A DNA stretch of 64,000 nt. Source: Octopus vulgaris. Taxonomy: Eukaryota. Below the pieces are notes generated by a model that saw only the letters and a list, made by a program, of their open reading frames with translations, made no database searches and was not told the DNA's origin. The stretch spans positions 184,388,001 to 184,452,000 of the forward strand of contig OX597815.1 of NCBI GenBank assembly GCA_951406725.2, given 5' to 3'. Both the position numbers and the translations under genes were made by a program. Shown piece by piece: positions 33,428-47,649 of the stretch (the stretch's first letter is position 1; the number at the start of each line of letters is the position of its first letter).

Positions 33428-35559
33428 ATATATATATATATATACAGAGAAAGAGACACACACACACGCAGAGCGAGTAAAATAGCAAATAAACGCATGT
33501 AGGCTTGGAAAGCATATTTATATGGAAGGCAAAATACAGATAACGGTATAAAGAAAAAGGAAAACACGACAGAACACTAGAATCTTGAAACAGCTGTCGA
33601 GATAACATTATTCTTATCTACTTTTTTTGCTTTTCCCTTTATTTTGTAATTTTTACTCCATGCAAATATGTCTGAAGCCTACCAGTGTTTATCTGCATTC
33701 CTACCTCCATAACAGCTCAACAGGTATTGTTCTTATAACTAACTTACGATGCAGGGGCACCAGCCCTGGATGATGATGTATATCTTAGTATAGATAACAT
33801 GTAATAGCGTTATCTATATTTACGTTGCTTTCACCTGCTCTCTGTGTGTGTGTGTGCATACTCTGTAATATGTAGAAATTACCGAAACCGAACCTTATAT
33901 TTTCTGCCATTATTGTTGGTGGAAAAGTATATGTAAATTAGATGCGTTATAAAAATTTAATTTTAAAGTTTAAAGAACTGCTTTCAAATAACCGTAAGAT
34001 CAATGCTGCTTTACTCTTATTTAAGCGTAGTTTAGCACACAAACCGAGATCAATAATCACTAATGTTGCTTTGATAAATTCTCCGTTCCTATACTAATAC
34101 GCGAAATATATATATATATTGTTGTGCAACATCTTGTTTCACGATGTTCCCGCTTAAATGGGATTTTAGTATATATATAAAGGATAACCTTAACAGCAAA
34201 ATAAATTATAAAGATTTACAGTGTTTACCTAAAGCATACTTTGTTCATTTAATCGATGGTTTTTCTTGCTGACGTCGTGCATACTTTTTCATATTTCCTT
34301 CGTTACTCTTCCGCTTTAAAAGTTGATTTAATTCACTTCCTAAGCATTATTAATGATATCTACCTTTAGTTGTCCTATTTCAGCATAGTATTGTTAGCTG
34401 GTTAATACATTTATTTATGAGTCATAAGTTCACAATTTGACAAAACAACTGGTAAAATGGCTGCGAAATTATGGTGTGTATAACCATAGTAATAAATACT
34501 GCGCAAATGTCGAAAAGTTAGTAGCAGTCTGAACCCTATTCCCATAAACGAGTACATATACAAAGTCGCCTTTTAGTGCTCATCCCTGTAAGGACTAGAC
34601 ATTTGAAATAAATATTTAAATTTGGGCATTTTGTGCCGGGTTGGGGAACCGGAATCATTAAAAAATTTTTTTCTCTTTCACTAATTCAAGTAGGTATGTG
34701 AGACATTTTATCTTTCATCATTCTAATATTGAATTTCCTTAGCAACGAATGAAGAACTTAAACAACTGGCCAAATATAAAAGGACGTTTTTTTTATTAGT
34801 TTTATTTTATTGAGTGATCTTCACCAATTGTTTTTCTTTTGTTTACTTTGCATTCTTCAACAAAGAAGATTTCGTGAAATTATTCTCGGCTGAAGACACG
34901 TAACGTACTAATAAAACTTGTTTGTTTTTCGAATCTGTGAAAATACTTATATGAGTAAGCTGGCCTTATTTAATCAATGGCATCGATTATTTCCAACTAT
35001 GTTTGCTTGTTTTGGCTTTAAGGTGTTCTGACTGATTCCAAGCGTATTTTTGTCTTCACGTCATTAATGCACTCGTTAATGTAAAGTGTTTGACCTATGT
35101 CAATTACAAAGGAAATGATCTGTTGGAGCGTATGCAGATATATATGTAAGAAGTATTGATTGAGTTTACGTAGGATCGTATTTATTCTACTTTGTGTATA
35201 TCTGCATATAATGAAAATGGTTTCTTCCGTAATGCATTCTCGTATGTGTTTGCACATTCACACGTGCCCTTCAGACCTATGTTCTATAAAATCATTTGTA
35301 ACATTATATGCATAACTATATGTTCAATTGGATGTGATATATACTTGAATATTAACGAATCATTGGTTAAGATGAAAGACAAAAAAGTTTCTAGAAAGGC
35401 ACAGTAAATCATTCAACAATACCTTATCTGTCACATAACTCGAAGCCTAAACAACATTCAAACATGTTTGCCTTTACTCGGACATGTTTGAATGGATACG
35501 GATGGATGGACAAACGAAAGACAGAGGCATATAACACATTTAGTAGGAGTTACATATAT

Positions 35560-36142
35560 TGGTTTCAAATTTTGGCACAGGGCTAGAGGGCCTACGTCAA
35601 TTACATCGATCCGTGAGCTCAAACGGTGCTCGTTTGATCAACTACGAAACTAATAAAGGCAAAGTCGACTTCGGCGGAATTTGAACGCAGATCGCACAAA
35701 CTGACGTAATACCGCTAAGTATTTCGCCCGACGTGCTAATGGTTCTGCCAGCTCACCGCCTTAGTTGGTACATCTATTATTATGTAAACAGTTCTATTCG
35801 GCACCAGGTCACTTATAGTTCCGTAGGCTTCTTATAGAAACCTAACTCGATGGGCTCAGTAAACCGAATCGGTTTGCTGATCCCTACGAAGCCTACAAAT
35901 TAAGTCACATGGGGCCGAACCAAACTGTTTTAATAATGCTTTCGGATTTTGACAAAAGGCCAACAACTAAAGCGGAGCCTGCATTTCGACCCCAGAACAA
36001 ACTGGTACTTATTTTAACGACAACGGAAGAGTTAAACGCAAAGTCTACCTCTGCGGGATTTGAACTCAGAACGTAAACACGGACGAAATGCCGCTAAGCA
36101 TTTCGCTTGTCATGCTAACGATCTCACCAATTCTCCACCTTT
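35560..36142 (-). mobile_element. Two older SINE A copies (35560-35762, 35940-36142)
   Basis: aaagtcgacttcggcggaatttgaac and related family A motifs. Confidence 0.8.
35787..35928. repeat. Small foldback/MITE-like palindrome (~140 bp)
   Basis: aaacagtt..ttcggc.cca.gt.actta....gtaggcttc / gaagcctac...taagt.ac.tgg.gccgaa..aactgttt; inner hairpin tcagtaaaccga/tcggtttgctga. Confidence 0.7.
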
Positions 36143-36159
36143 CTTTTAGATAATAATAA

Positions 36160-36697
36160 TGGAAGCTCTGTAAAAATCATGGCCTACAAAGAGGAAAGAC
36201 GTGGTATGATCATACCCCAGAAGAGGTTACTGAGAATGAAATCCTGTGGGATGCAATGATTCAGTGCGATCACCTGACCACACATGGGAAACCGGACATT
36301 GTTGTGTTCAATAAAAAAGAAGGATCGTGCATGATATCAGACACAGCATGTCCAGGTTTCAACAGGATCAACGTGAAAGAAGAAGAATAAAGAATAAACA
36401 ATCATGACGATTTTAAGTGGGAAATATGAAGGTTGTGATCAGTGAAGAGAGTAGACGTGATACCAATAGTAATTGGTGCACCTGGAAGTATCTGCACTCA
36501 GCTACCAACATAGCTGACAAAGATCAGTGCAAGCGTGAAGGTGCTGGGAATTGCAAGAATTCGTCGCAGGATTCTTGAAGCCTGACCAGTAAACAATTGT
36601 CACCCCAATCTGCTGGAAGGTATATCAGGCGAAGCGTTGTTGTAACAACAATCAAGATGACAAATATCTCTCAAATGTAAATAAATGGGATAGTAAT
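36160..36697 (+). mobile_element. R4/Dong-clade non-LTR retrotransposon 3' fragment (restriction-like endonuclease), pseudogenised
   Basis: WKLCKNHGLQRGKTWYDHTPEEV...ILWD...KPDIVVFNKKEGSCMISDTACP...KEEE...VIPIVIGAPGSI...LGIARIRRRIL*; begins at (TAA)n. Confidence 0.85.
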
Positions 36698-38640
36698 TTC
36701 AGAACTTTAAATCATACAAAAAAAAAATTAAACACTTAGTTATATTTTGCAGTGGCCTACAATTCTTGTGACACTCTTGAAAAAATCGATATGGAAATGA
36801 ATATAGATTATACTTGTTATATGCTTGTGTATAATTGACTAAGAGAGAGATGTATAATAGCAGTGTGTATGTGTGTGTGTCTGTGTGTGTGTCACAACTC
36901 GAAATATATCATATTTTGTGCTGTCAGTTTATTTTTATCGCTCATTTATATCGTTGCCATATGTTCCGCTTTCATAACACCATTTTCTAACGAAATAAAA
37001 GCAATAACGTTTTAGTAATGGCATTTGTGAAAATATTACATTTTATAAATACTTATTTCTATTCAAATCTCTGTAAAATTCGTTCTTTGTATTACAAATA
37101 TATAGTTCTTTTTCCGACTTTGTTTTATTGCTAACGGAGTTGAAAGTCACTTTTGAATTCGTTTCATAATTCTTAATAATTCAATTATGTCTTCAATTTT
37201 GCTTCGTAGACACTGTTTCGTGAAGCTTAACGTGTGGCGTCCGGTTTCAGTCTTGTTTAAAATGTCACCGTCAAGCTTGATACTCTCTGCTGAAGATTTC
37301 ACGATTGGAATTCCTTCCCATTTTTAATGTTATTAAATGTTTAACATTGAAACAAATATCGTACATAGTTATTAAATACAGTTATGTATTATCAGACGTA
37401 ACTACTATACTGGTTAAAATATATAAATTTCATTGTATTTATTAGAGCTGAAACGATTGTTGGCGGTTTGCATGAAATGTTTGTTCTTTTAATGTTTCGT
37501 TTTATAAAATGCTGGCGTCTACACGATAACATGTTAGAATATGTATAAACTAAGGTGATAATTAATTGTTTTCGAGTCGACTGGTAACTCTTTACCTATC
37601 CCATACACCCGCTAGGAATATTAACTAAATCTTCCTCAAATATCTTACTATTTTATTAAAAGAAGACACGGAGGTAGACACGCCTCTGCTGAAACTAAGA
37701 AGGTGGGGTGATCGCGTCTGGAATTCCTTTAAACATATGACTGTTTAATCAAATATCATCTGGGGTTGAAAATAACAAAAACTTTTGTTTTACATAATGA
37801 TTACTCGGTAGCATAATAAACTGATGTAAGGGTCAACATAACGTACTTGTTAAAATTCTTATTTCCATTCAACACTGATTAAAATGTTATAACTTCATGA
37901 AATAACTATTCTGTTTGGCGTGACTATTGGATACATATGTACCGATATTGTGTTTTACTTGTGACTGATGCGTGTAAAACGTAATACATGACTGCACAGC
38001 AATCATCAGACACGGTTCAAAATCAAAATGGCCGACCAGGATAAATTTATAAGTGCTCGAGTCATTGGAGAGTGTCATTATACTTTTCACTTGACTCTTC
38101 TAGAATCATATAATGACTTAGTGGCAAAGAAGCCGAGATAGTTTTCTAATCGATTATATAAAATTCTCGTCTAAAATATATTCTTTGAAAGATAGAGTTC
38201 TTTGCTATATTGATGTCAGTACCGAGAATAGGATCAATTCTTTGCCATTTTCAAAGGGTAAAACTAGTAATACCCAAATTGTAACTTATCTAAAAGAAAA
38301 ATAATAAACTTATTAAGTGATCATGAAAAGATAATGCGTACATAGTCCGCTGAATGGCAAAAGTAATAACGTATTGAGCGAGCAGTCTTTAGTATTTACT
38401 TCCTTTTCACTCAAATACGACGAACATCGTTTCCTTTACACTCTGTCAAAAACATACAAGAGTAATATCCTAATGTCACTAAAAGATATAATTACTATTG
38501 AAGGACTACACTATTCTTTGAAAATGTTCACTTACACATTAATATTCAAACAATTTTCTAATCACAGTAAATATATATATATGAGTGCATACAGAGAAAT
38601 AATAAGTGTAGAATAGAGATATTTCTGATTTACGTTAGAC

Positions 38641-38982
38641 CAGGGGTTCTCAACCAATTTTCATCGATGGGCCCCCCTTTGATTGCTATTTTATTCTGGT
38701 GGACCCTCATGGCCATTCAATGTTTAAAATCTAGTTTTATAGAAATTTCTTTCAAACTTACTTTTTTGTTTTTCACACATTCACTTGCGTAGGTTGAACT
38801 ATGGAAAACGAGAAAAAAACCCATTTTCTGCAATACATAGCCATAGCTATATCTAAAGCAAATATGTTTAGAGGCCCTTAAATTATTATCGTGAATCCCC
38901 AATTTACTATTTTGTTGCATATAACCCCAAAAATCTTATATGGGCCCTCAGGAGCCACATGCACACCGATTGAGAACCACAG
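38641..38982. mobile_element. hAT (Charlie-like) MITE
   Basis: TIRs caggggttctcaacc / gattgagaaccacag; 8-bp TSD cgttagac/cattagac. Confidence 0.9.
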
Positions 38983-39296
38983 CATTAGACAAAACAATTT
39001 TTGATTTATTTGGAGCAGTCTCTTTTGTATACAATATCCAAAAAAACTGAAAGTTTTGGGAATGATATGTTGCGATGTCAGCTCTTTTCCATTATTACTA
39101 TGGTAGAAATTACGTGCAATGACCTGAAGAAGACATGCAGATGGATCTCCATCGCATGAGAATTAATATCATACGTCCACCAAGGGATAACGAAAGCTGT
39201 TTTTCTTTCTGAAATTAATTATTTGACCTGGAAGAAAAGTCAGATGATTCCTCTAAGTCGGGACGCTTTTATATTCATTTATTCCTCGAACATCAT

Positions 39297-39665
39297 ACTC
39301 TTTGACATGTTTCAGTTATTTGACTGCGGCCATGCTGGAGCACCGCCTTTAGTCGAACAAATCGACCCCAGAACTTATTCTTTGTAAGCTTAGTACTTAT
39401 TCTATCTGACCTCTTGTGCAGAACCGCTAAGTTACGGGGACCTAAACACACCACCATCGGTTGTCAAGCGATGTTGGGGAGACAAACAGACACACAAACA
39501 TACACACACATATATATATATATATACAACGGGCTTCTTTCAGTTTCCTTCTACCAAATCCACTCAAAAGGCTTTGGTCGGCCCAAGGTGTCACGCAGTG
39601 GGACTGAATCCGGAACCATGTGGCTGGTAAGCAAGCTACTTACCACACATCCACTCCTGCGCCAT
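39297..39665 (-). mobile_element. SINE family B
   Basis: Reverse complement of the consensus. Confidence 0.9.
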
Positions 39666-40423
39666 AACGTTTTGTATGTTTTCATTATTCGGGAATTAAA
39701 AACAAAATCCTGTTTCTATGAAAAGGAAACTCTGGTTAATCGTTTCATTCCATTATTACCATTGTATCATTATCGTTTTTCATTTTTATAAAAGATTCTC
39801 AAAATTATAGATTCAAGAGATTATAATGCATGAGTATATAAAAAAAATGGGAAAGTGAAATTTAAGAAAGTCAAAATAATGAAACTCTCTAAACACATAC
39901 AAACGATGGAAATTGCACTTTTAGCACGGTAAGTGATATGTTCCTGTCTGCCGTCACCATCGCGCTGTTTGAGAAATATAGAAATTTTATTAGTATTATG
40001 TATTATACTACATAAAAGAATGCGGTTAGTCGTGTCACAGACGTTGCTACGATTTCCTCACGATTGCACTTAATGTGGAAGATATTAGATTTCACTCAAC
40101 TGTGATCGCTATTAAAATTCTCTATCGATTTCAATTATATCGAGTACCCTACTCAATATTTCATTGTTATCAGCTTTACTTGCAATTTCTGCACGTAATT
40201 TTAGGCGTTTATTCTCTAGCTGTTTGCACAACAATTTTAACGTATGAATGTAATTGTGTACTTACATTTAAAAGCTTAAGATTTACCGGCAGCAAACAGC
40301 AAAAGAATGTGAAAGTATGCCATACAACGAGTGAATATGTAATTCGTATTTACTACGATTTGGGATTACACGGATAGCAGCATTTGTGTTGTTTTATCAA
40401 TTCTAACTGATGTAATATATATA

Positions 40424-40716
40424 GAGGCACATGTGGTTAGAGCAGCGGACTCGCGGCCGAGGGATCGCGGGTTCGAATCTCAGACCGGGCGATGTGTGTG
40501 TTTATGAGCGAAACACCTAAGCTCCACGTGGTTCCGGCAGAAGGTAATAGCGAAACTTCTGTTGACTCTTTCGCCACAACTCTCTCTCACCCTTTATCTT
40601 CTTGCAGCTCACTTGCAACGGACCGGCGTCCCTTCCAGGTGGAGAACCTACTATACGCCAAGGAAACCGAGAAACCGGCCCTAATGAGCCAGGCCTGGCT
40701 CGGGAAGGAACAAACA
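40424..40716 (+). mobile_element. Modular tRNA-SINE C3 (body Y, tail R)
   Basis: tggttagagcagcggactcgcggccgagggatcgcgggttcgaatc head (tRNA-Arg-like, TCG); gagcgaaacacctaagctccacg body. Confidence 0.8.
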
Positions 40717-41889
40717 ATATATATATATATATATAATAATAAATCACTGAACGAGGTATAAACAGTAGCTGCACGACAATGTGAAGTATATTTGCCACAC
40801 ACACTGATATATATATATATATATATATATAATTGTGAATCGTTATCGATTTTCTTCCTCTGTCTTCCTTTCTATTGGACGTTAAACCACCATTCTTTCC
40901 TTCCCTGAACGTCTGCTAATACTTTACATATACCACGTCCCCGCGGTATTGTGTTTTTCTGTGGTTGTCATTCTTTTTGGGATTTACTATAATTATATAT
41001 GTATACGTAGTATACATACATACGTACACAAAAAAATATGCATGTGTGTGCGTACGTGTGGGCACGTTGTTATAAGTATGTGTATATGTGCACGTGTTAA
41101 TGTATGTACATGTACGTATGCATCTTTATCTAAAGTACACACATATGTTCGAAAGCTAATACGAAACGGAGAGATACGTAATGACTGACTAACGCATGCG
41201 CATTTAAAACTTAGTTTAATAATGAAAGAATACCGTCCCTCGACGTAGAGAAGAATACATATATTCTTTTAGTTCTTTTAAGCTTTTGATCTGCGGCGAC
41301 GCTGGGGCACACTCTCGATTCATTTTATTTTAAAACCTGGTACTCTTTCTATCGGTCACCTTTGCCGAACTGCTACGTTAACCTTGTCAAACAATAGTGA
41401 GGAACAAACACAAACACTCATCCACGCATAGCTATATACTTCAGTATATGCTTACATATATATATATGTGTGTGTGTGTGTGTCTGTATGTATGCATCTG
41501 TATATACATATATATATCTGCATATTCATACATGCATGCATATATAACTATATTACATATATATTCATGCATACGTACGTAGATAGATAGGGAGAGAGAT
41601 TGGCAGATAAACAGAAAGTCAGACGGATTTAGAACACTCAATATCTGTCAGAGGCTCGATATTTGGGTGATTTTTATTTCTGAAAATATCGCAGATGCAC
41701 AAAAACCTGACTGAACATTTGCACGCTTCAGTACTTGCGAACGCTTGAATACTAATACATGCGAAATATCTAGAAAGCAACTCTGATTTGTTTCCAACGT
41801 ATTCTCGTCTCCTTTCATCTGACGCGCCCACGAAACATTAAGTGAATTGCTACTGAATCAAACTGTTATATATATATATATATATATAT

Positions 41890-42208
41890 ATTAATAAATA
41901 AAATAAAACATATGCATATACCTACCTCTACATGTACATATACACGCATATATGAGTACAGTACACTAAAAGGACGTCGAACACAATGAGAAACGAAAAC
42001 ATAGACACAAACCAAAGGAACTGGACATTTTTTTAAAACAACAAAAAAATAGAGTACAGGACAATTAACACAAAGAAAAAACCCTTCTTCAGTCGCTATG
42101 GTTTCATCTACTCTACGTTTCGAAGGATAAAAGCGAGACGTATCTTCGAAAAGAAACTTTCCTTCCTACGAAAAGCAAATCAATTAAAATTCTTAGATCT
42201 TTTCGCAG

Positions 42209-42217
<9 letters not shown>
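41890..42217 (-). mobile_element. (TA)n-flanked short element, probably pLTR-derived
   Basis: Bounded by TA arrays; T-rich minus strand with a cgaaga...ttcgaaacgtag hammerhead-like remnant. Confidence 0.35.
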
Positions 42218-42270
<53 letters not shown>

Positions 42271-42359
42271 GTAATGTAAAAACATTACGAAGGATATATT
42301 ATAAATAATTAAGATTATTTATGAATATATCAATGACCAGACATGTTATCATAGAATAT

Positions 42360-43045
42360 AAAAAAGAAAACCGTTTATAATAATGAACAAATCACAATTA
42401 TAACTAAGAGGGTTAAAAATAACCTTTCTTTCTAAAAATAGCACCCAGAACCGCTATAAAGCCATTATATCACTCATATTATTTCTCCCCGTGGTAAAAA
42501 CTGTCCTCGTGCGGCATAGAAAACAGAAACCACAACTTGAAAATAATTTGTTAATTCCCTATTGCAATTCCGGCGTCAGGGGCCATTTAAGGGACCCATT
42601 CACTGCGTCGAGGGAAATATTACTATAGATAGAAATCAAAACATGGCTTTACCTTGGGGCTAGCATGAATCCTGACCGGAAATAGAAATGTTTTCACCCC
42701 TATCTACACAATCAAGTTTTGGATTCAAATGCCATGCACACCGTTTATGTGAAAAGACTGGCAAAATCGTGCCACGGCAAAATCACCGGACATGAGATGG
42801 AAAAATTTGAATAAGTAGAGAGTAATGTAAAAACATTTCTCTAACGCCGAAATTGCAAAAGTGAATTAACCAATTGTTTTCAAGTTGTTGATTTTATTTG
42901 CCATGTCGTCCGAAAACAGTTTTTATCGTGAGGAGAAATAATACGATATAATGGCTCTATAGCGGTTTTGGCTGCTATTTTTAACATATAAGGGTTTTTC
43001 TTTTCCTTCTTCGTTATAATAATTATAAACGTTTTTCTTCTTCTT
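42360..43045. mobile_element. MITE/foldback with ~210-bp diverged inverted arms and ~260-bp spacer
   Basis: taaaaatagca.cca.aaccgctata.agccattatatc...acaacttgaaaa.aatt.gttaattc...ttgcaatt.cggcgt mirrored at 42840-43040. Confidence 0.8.
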
Positions 43046-43604
43046 CTATATATATATATATATATATATATGCTCAACTGGTACTTATTTAGTCAACCAC
43101 GAAAGAGTGAAAGATAAAGTCGACGTTAGTGGAATTTGAACTCAAAACATAAACAAGGACTAAATACCGGTCAACATTTTACCCAGCGTGCTAACGATTC
43201 TGCTATCTCGCCACCTTTAACTATGTAAATAATAACAGTTATTTCAAATCGCAAATTCCACTGTACAGAAAACGTTTCCCAATTAAATATTTATATTAGA
43301 ATGGTCTGATAATATCCGCAATACAACGTAACTTCATTCAGAAATATGATTAAATGATAATTACAGAAAAGTTTGTTGCTAAATGTTATTTATAACCTTG
43401 AGCTTTTACTTTCGTCACTTTATTTATTGGATAGAACTATATAATTCATGTCCAAAACGAATTTTCGCTGAATGACTTCTCTTCTTTGTTTCTCTTTATT
43501 TACATGCCTAAATATATAATCACTGGTATTGTAGTTATAATAGTTATTGTACTTATAGTACATCAAGAATATATAAAGTGCAACGAGCAAATGTTTACTC
43601 ACTT

Positions 43605-43970
43605 TTTGTTTTTACTTGTTTCAGTCATGTGACTGCGGCCATGCTGGAGCACCGCCTTCAGCCGAGCAAATGGACCCCTAGTACTTATTCTATCGGTCTC
43701 TTTTGCCGAACCGCTAAGTTACGGGGACGTAAACACACCAGCATCGGTTGTCAAGCGATGTTGGGGGGACAAACACACACACACACACACACATATATAT
43801 GCATAGACATATATACGACGGGCTTCTTTCAGTTTCCGTCTACCAAATCCACTCACAAGGCTTTGGTCGGCCCGATGCTATAGTAGAAGACAGTTGCCCA
43901 AGGTACCACGCAGTGGGACTGAACCTGGAACCATGTGGCTGGTAAGCAAGCTACTTACTACACAGCCACT
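43605..43970 (-). mobile_element. SINE family B
   Basis: Reverse complement of the consensus. Confidence 0.9.
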
Positions 43971-44227
43971 CAAAATCCTGTTTCTATAGATTCATGAGAT
44001 TCTTAATGCATCGATTACTTTAAATCCCAATTGAAAATACCAACGAATAAATTATTATTCAATTCAGATAATTGTCAGCCTTTGGAAATTAGCAGAATAT
44101 TTGCTGTTTATGAATTTTAACTCTCATGACCATGCAGTAAATTTAAATGTAAAACTGTTAATTCGATATCTGTATCACTCGTTAACGCTATTTTAGTATA
44201 TTAGAACTTCTTTAGAAAAGTGTAATA

Positions 44228-45002
44228 ATGGTTTCAAAATTTGGCACAAAGCCAGCAATTTCGGGTGGGGGCGGGGTGGGGGAGGTAAGTCGCTTACATC
44301 AACCCTAGTGCTCAACTACTACCTATTTTATCGACCTCGAAAGAAAAAAAATGAAAGGGAAAAGTAGACCCGGGTTGGATTTGAAATCAGGTTCTGCCTG
44401 CTCGCCGCTTCAGAAAAGAACAAAATTGCAATATAGATTTGTTATAGATTCAGACCTCGCTAATGTAGACTTCGGCTCTTATCAGTCCAGCCTGTATACA
44501 ATAAATTGATGTAGTAATACCAATAGTGTATCAAAGCGTAGGAATCCTCTATAAGAACAATTAGAACGAGATAATATTTTATTCAATATCCTTATAAAAA
44601 CACGGTGGCGAGCTGGCAGAAACGTTAGCACACCGGGCGAAATGCTTAGCAGTATTTCGTCTGCCGCTACGTTCTGAGTTCAAATTCCGCCGAGGTCGAC
44701 TTTGCCTTTCATCCTTTCGGGGTCGATAAATTAAATAAGTACCAGTTACGCAGTGGAGTCGATATAATCGACTTAATTCGTGTGTCTGTCATTGTTTGTC
44801 CCCTCTGTGTTTAGCCCCTTGTGGGTAGTAAAGAAATAGGTATTTCGTCTGCTGCTACGTTATGAGTTCAAATTCCGCCGATGTCGACTTTGCCTTTCAT
44901 CCTTTCGGGGTCATAAATTAAGTGCCAGTTGTGTACTGGGGTCGATCTAATAGACTGGTCACCCCCTCCAAAATTTCGGACCTTGTGCCCAGAGTAGAAA
45001 AA
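44228..45002. mobile_element. Old minus SINE A (44228-44410) and plus-strand SINE A dimer (44603-45002)
   Basis: Dimer junction aaagaaata|ggtatttcgtctg; the two units carry different tails. Confidence 0.9.
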
Positions 45003-46523
45003 CGACGTTAAGGAGCTGAAATGAGATCACAAGTTTCTTAAGTAATGGTACAAATATTATCATTGCAAATTAATATTCTACTATGTGACATCCGAATGGA
45101 TACATTACGTTCAAGTGAAACCAGAAAAAACCAAAACTGATAATATATATTTAGTTGTTTTCATGGATTAGTAAACTTAGTTGATGTATAGATTTCGTTG
45201 TTTATTGTAAATATGTGTACAAAGTACGAAAATTGAAAGCTCTGACTGTGTCTTAATATCCTGTTTAGTTTCTGAATCTGTCTCCTTATCTTTTCTTATC
45301 GCTACCATTTCTGAAAAAGAAATGCCAACCCAAGGAGTCATTTATATAGAATCAAATAAGAGCTTTTGTTAAAATTAATTGCAAGCCATGAAGTTTTATA
45401 ATTAATTTAACTTTCTGTATTTTCTGCTGATATCCGTAATTTTCAAAGATCGTATAATTGCCATAAAATGATTACAACTTTTAAGAATTATAATTTTTCG
45501 CTTTATTTTCCATTATCAAAGTTCTAATTTCACTAAAGCTAGCTGAATCACGTTTTAAGCAAGTGTACTTTCTACCGCTTGTGATTCCTTATAATATTCA
45601 GATTAATTCTTGACAATCAAGCATTATTGAATCGTTATAAAATGCAACTTATCTTTTAGCAAGGCGAGTACGCAGACCGGCATTTGTTTAGTTTTGATTT
45701 AGTATTTTCTCGAGCGAAGAAAATACCTTCTTCCACACAAAAGAACATCGAACAAAACAGATTAATTGCGACAATGCAAACCTAGTTTATATTTCTATAA
45801 AAAACCAAAAACTGGAAACGAAACAAAGAATTCTTTCAATTACCTTCAAACCCTTGAGCATTCTTTTTGTCTTAGACTTTACCATTCTTTGTTCTTTGTT
45901 TACAAAACCTTTGTTTATTTACTTGTTCCTTTAAAACGTTATACTATTCTGCGCATGGTTTCATAACCAATGCCTAAAGACATGTGCTACATTCAGTTTT
46001 GTTTGTTAGATATCAATAAACGTTGCACTGTTTCAACAGGAAATTGAAAACTTTGCTATTTGTTTCTGGTCTGTCTACAAAATCTCAGAGAAGCAAATGC
46101 CATATATAATTGGTGCAAAACAACACAGCTTATGTGGAATTGTAACAAATCTCTTCTTAAAACAGCAAAATCATTGAATCGTTCAATAAAAAATATCAAG
46201 GAGTTGTCACTTTCAGAAAAAATTAACTGCATATTTTTCAGTAAAATGGCTAGAAATAAAGGTAATCAACCAAAAGTTCTCAGTAGCTTATTGATCAAGC
46301 ATATGTCCATTTTCAGAGAATTTGTATCATCCCTTAGTTATTCTATGTATTCAGAATAATGATGTTGGTTTCAAATTTTCGAACAGTTGCGGGAGAGGAG
46401 TAAGCCGATTATATCGACCCCAATGAAGAACTGGTACTCATTTTATCAACTTCAAAAGGATGAAAGGCAAAGCAACGTCGGCGGCATTTGAACTCAGCTG
46501 CAGTCCGTCTGTGATTACGTTCT

Positions 46524-47112
46524 AAGTTAAGTTAATTTTTTGGCTCAAAAAGCAAAAAGTAAGGCCATGTAGGGAGACATGGAGTTATGTACGGGGTGGT
46601 GTTCATGCAAAGAGTTCAGGCCATTTGTGGTCAAGGGAGACTTTGAACCGAGCGGTCGTCGGCATCTTCACTATCTCGTCCGGCAGCTTATTCCACGGAT
46701 CCGCAACCCGGATGGAAAAAGCCTCTCTCTTTCGATTGAGATGAAAGCGTCGCAAATAGAGCTTTTCGGAGTGACCCCGCAGCTGACGCTCTGGAGTGGG
46801 AGTGAAGAACAGCTCTTTCGAGAGGTTACACTTTCCGCTTATGATGTTGTGAGCAAGAATGAGATTACCACGGCGTCGTCGTTTTTCTAGAGAATAAGGG
46901 TCGAGCGTCTTCAGCCTTTCTTCATAAGACAAATGCTTGAGACCAAGAACCATGTGGGTAGCCAGCTTCTGGACTCTTTCGAGATGATGTATGTCTTTGA
47001 GGAGATAAGGAGAAGAGGCTTGAATCTCGTACTCCAATATGGGTCTCACCAGCGTGACATAGAGCGGTAGGAATATGGCTGCTGTCAGCATTCCGAATGA
47101 CCGTCGAATCAA
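46524..47112 (-). mobile_element. CR1/L2-group LINE 3' fragment (RT C-terminal region)
   Basis: LYVTLVRPILEY...LERVQKLAT...LSYEERLKTL..YSLEKRRRRG...LRGH..KL...FSIRVADPWNKLP; short 3' UTR ending in (TAACT)n. Confidence 0.9.
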
Positions 47113-47649
47113 AATATTTTGATACTCGTTCTAGCGATTCTATCTGCTCTCAGCCTTGTTCGGAATAATACTACCATAGCAAAAGATTATGAGAAATTTT
47201 ACAACATACACCCTTTCTAGTTTATACAAAGAGTTAAATACATGTGTGTGTGTGTATTAAAACAGAAGACTGGCAAAAATTTGGCATACTCCAAATACCA
47301 TGTTACGTGTTTCATTACAGGATGGGAATCATGTAGAAAAATTCAAGCAAAGAATAAAATTATAATGTTTTGTTATGTAACTATTTTGCAAACATGATTA
47401 ATTAGAAATTTCAAAAAGAAAAAAAAAGTTGCAGAACCTACAGAATTGGTCCCTAGAGCAGTGGAAGAATGCTATTTTCTCGGACGAGTCATCCTTTACT
47501 TTATTTCCGACCACCGGCCGAGTATACGTGTAGAGACAGCCAGAATAAGCAGTTGACGCAGACTGCCTTCTTCAAACTGTTAAACATGGAGGAGGATCTG
47601 TGATGATTTAGTGGGGGGGGGGGGCTATATCTTGCGAATCCACCAGCCA

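Noticed and set aside
40424-40490. tRNA-Arg gene
   Set aside because: No complete acceptor stem and it continues into a SINE body; it is a tRNA-derived head
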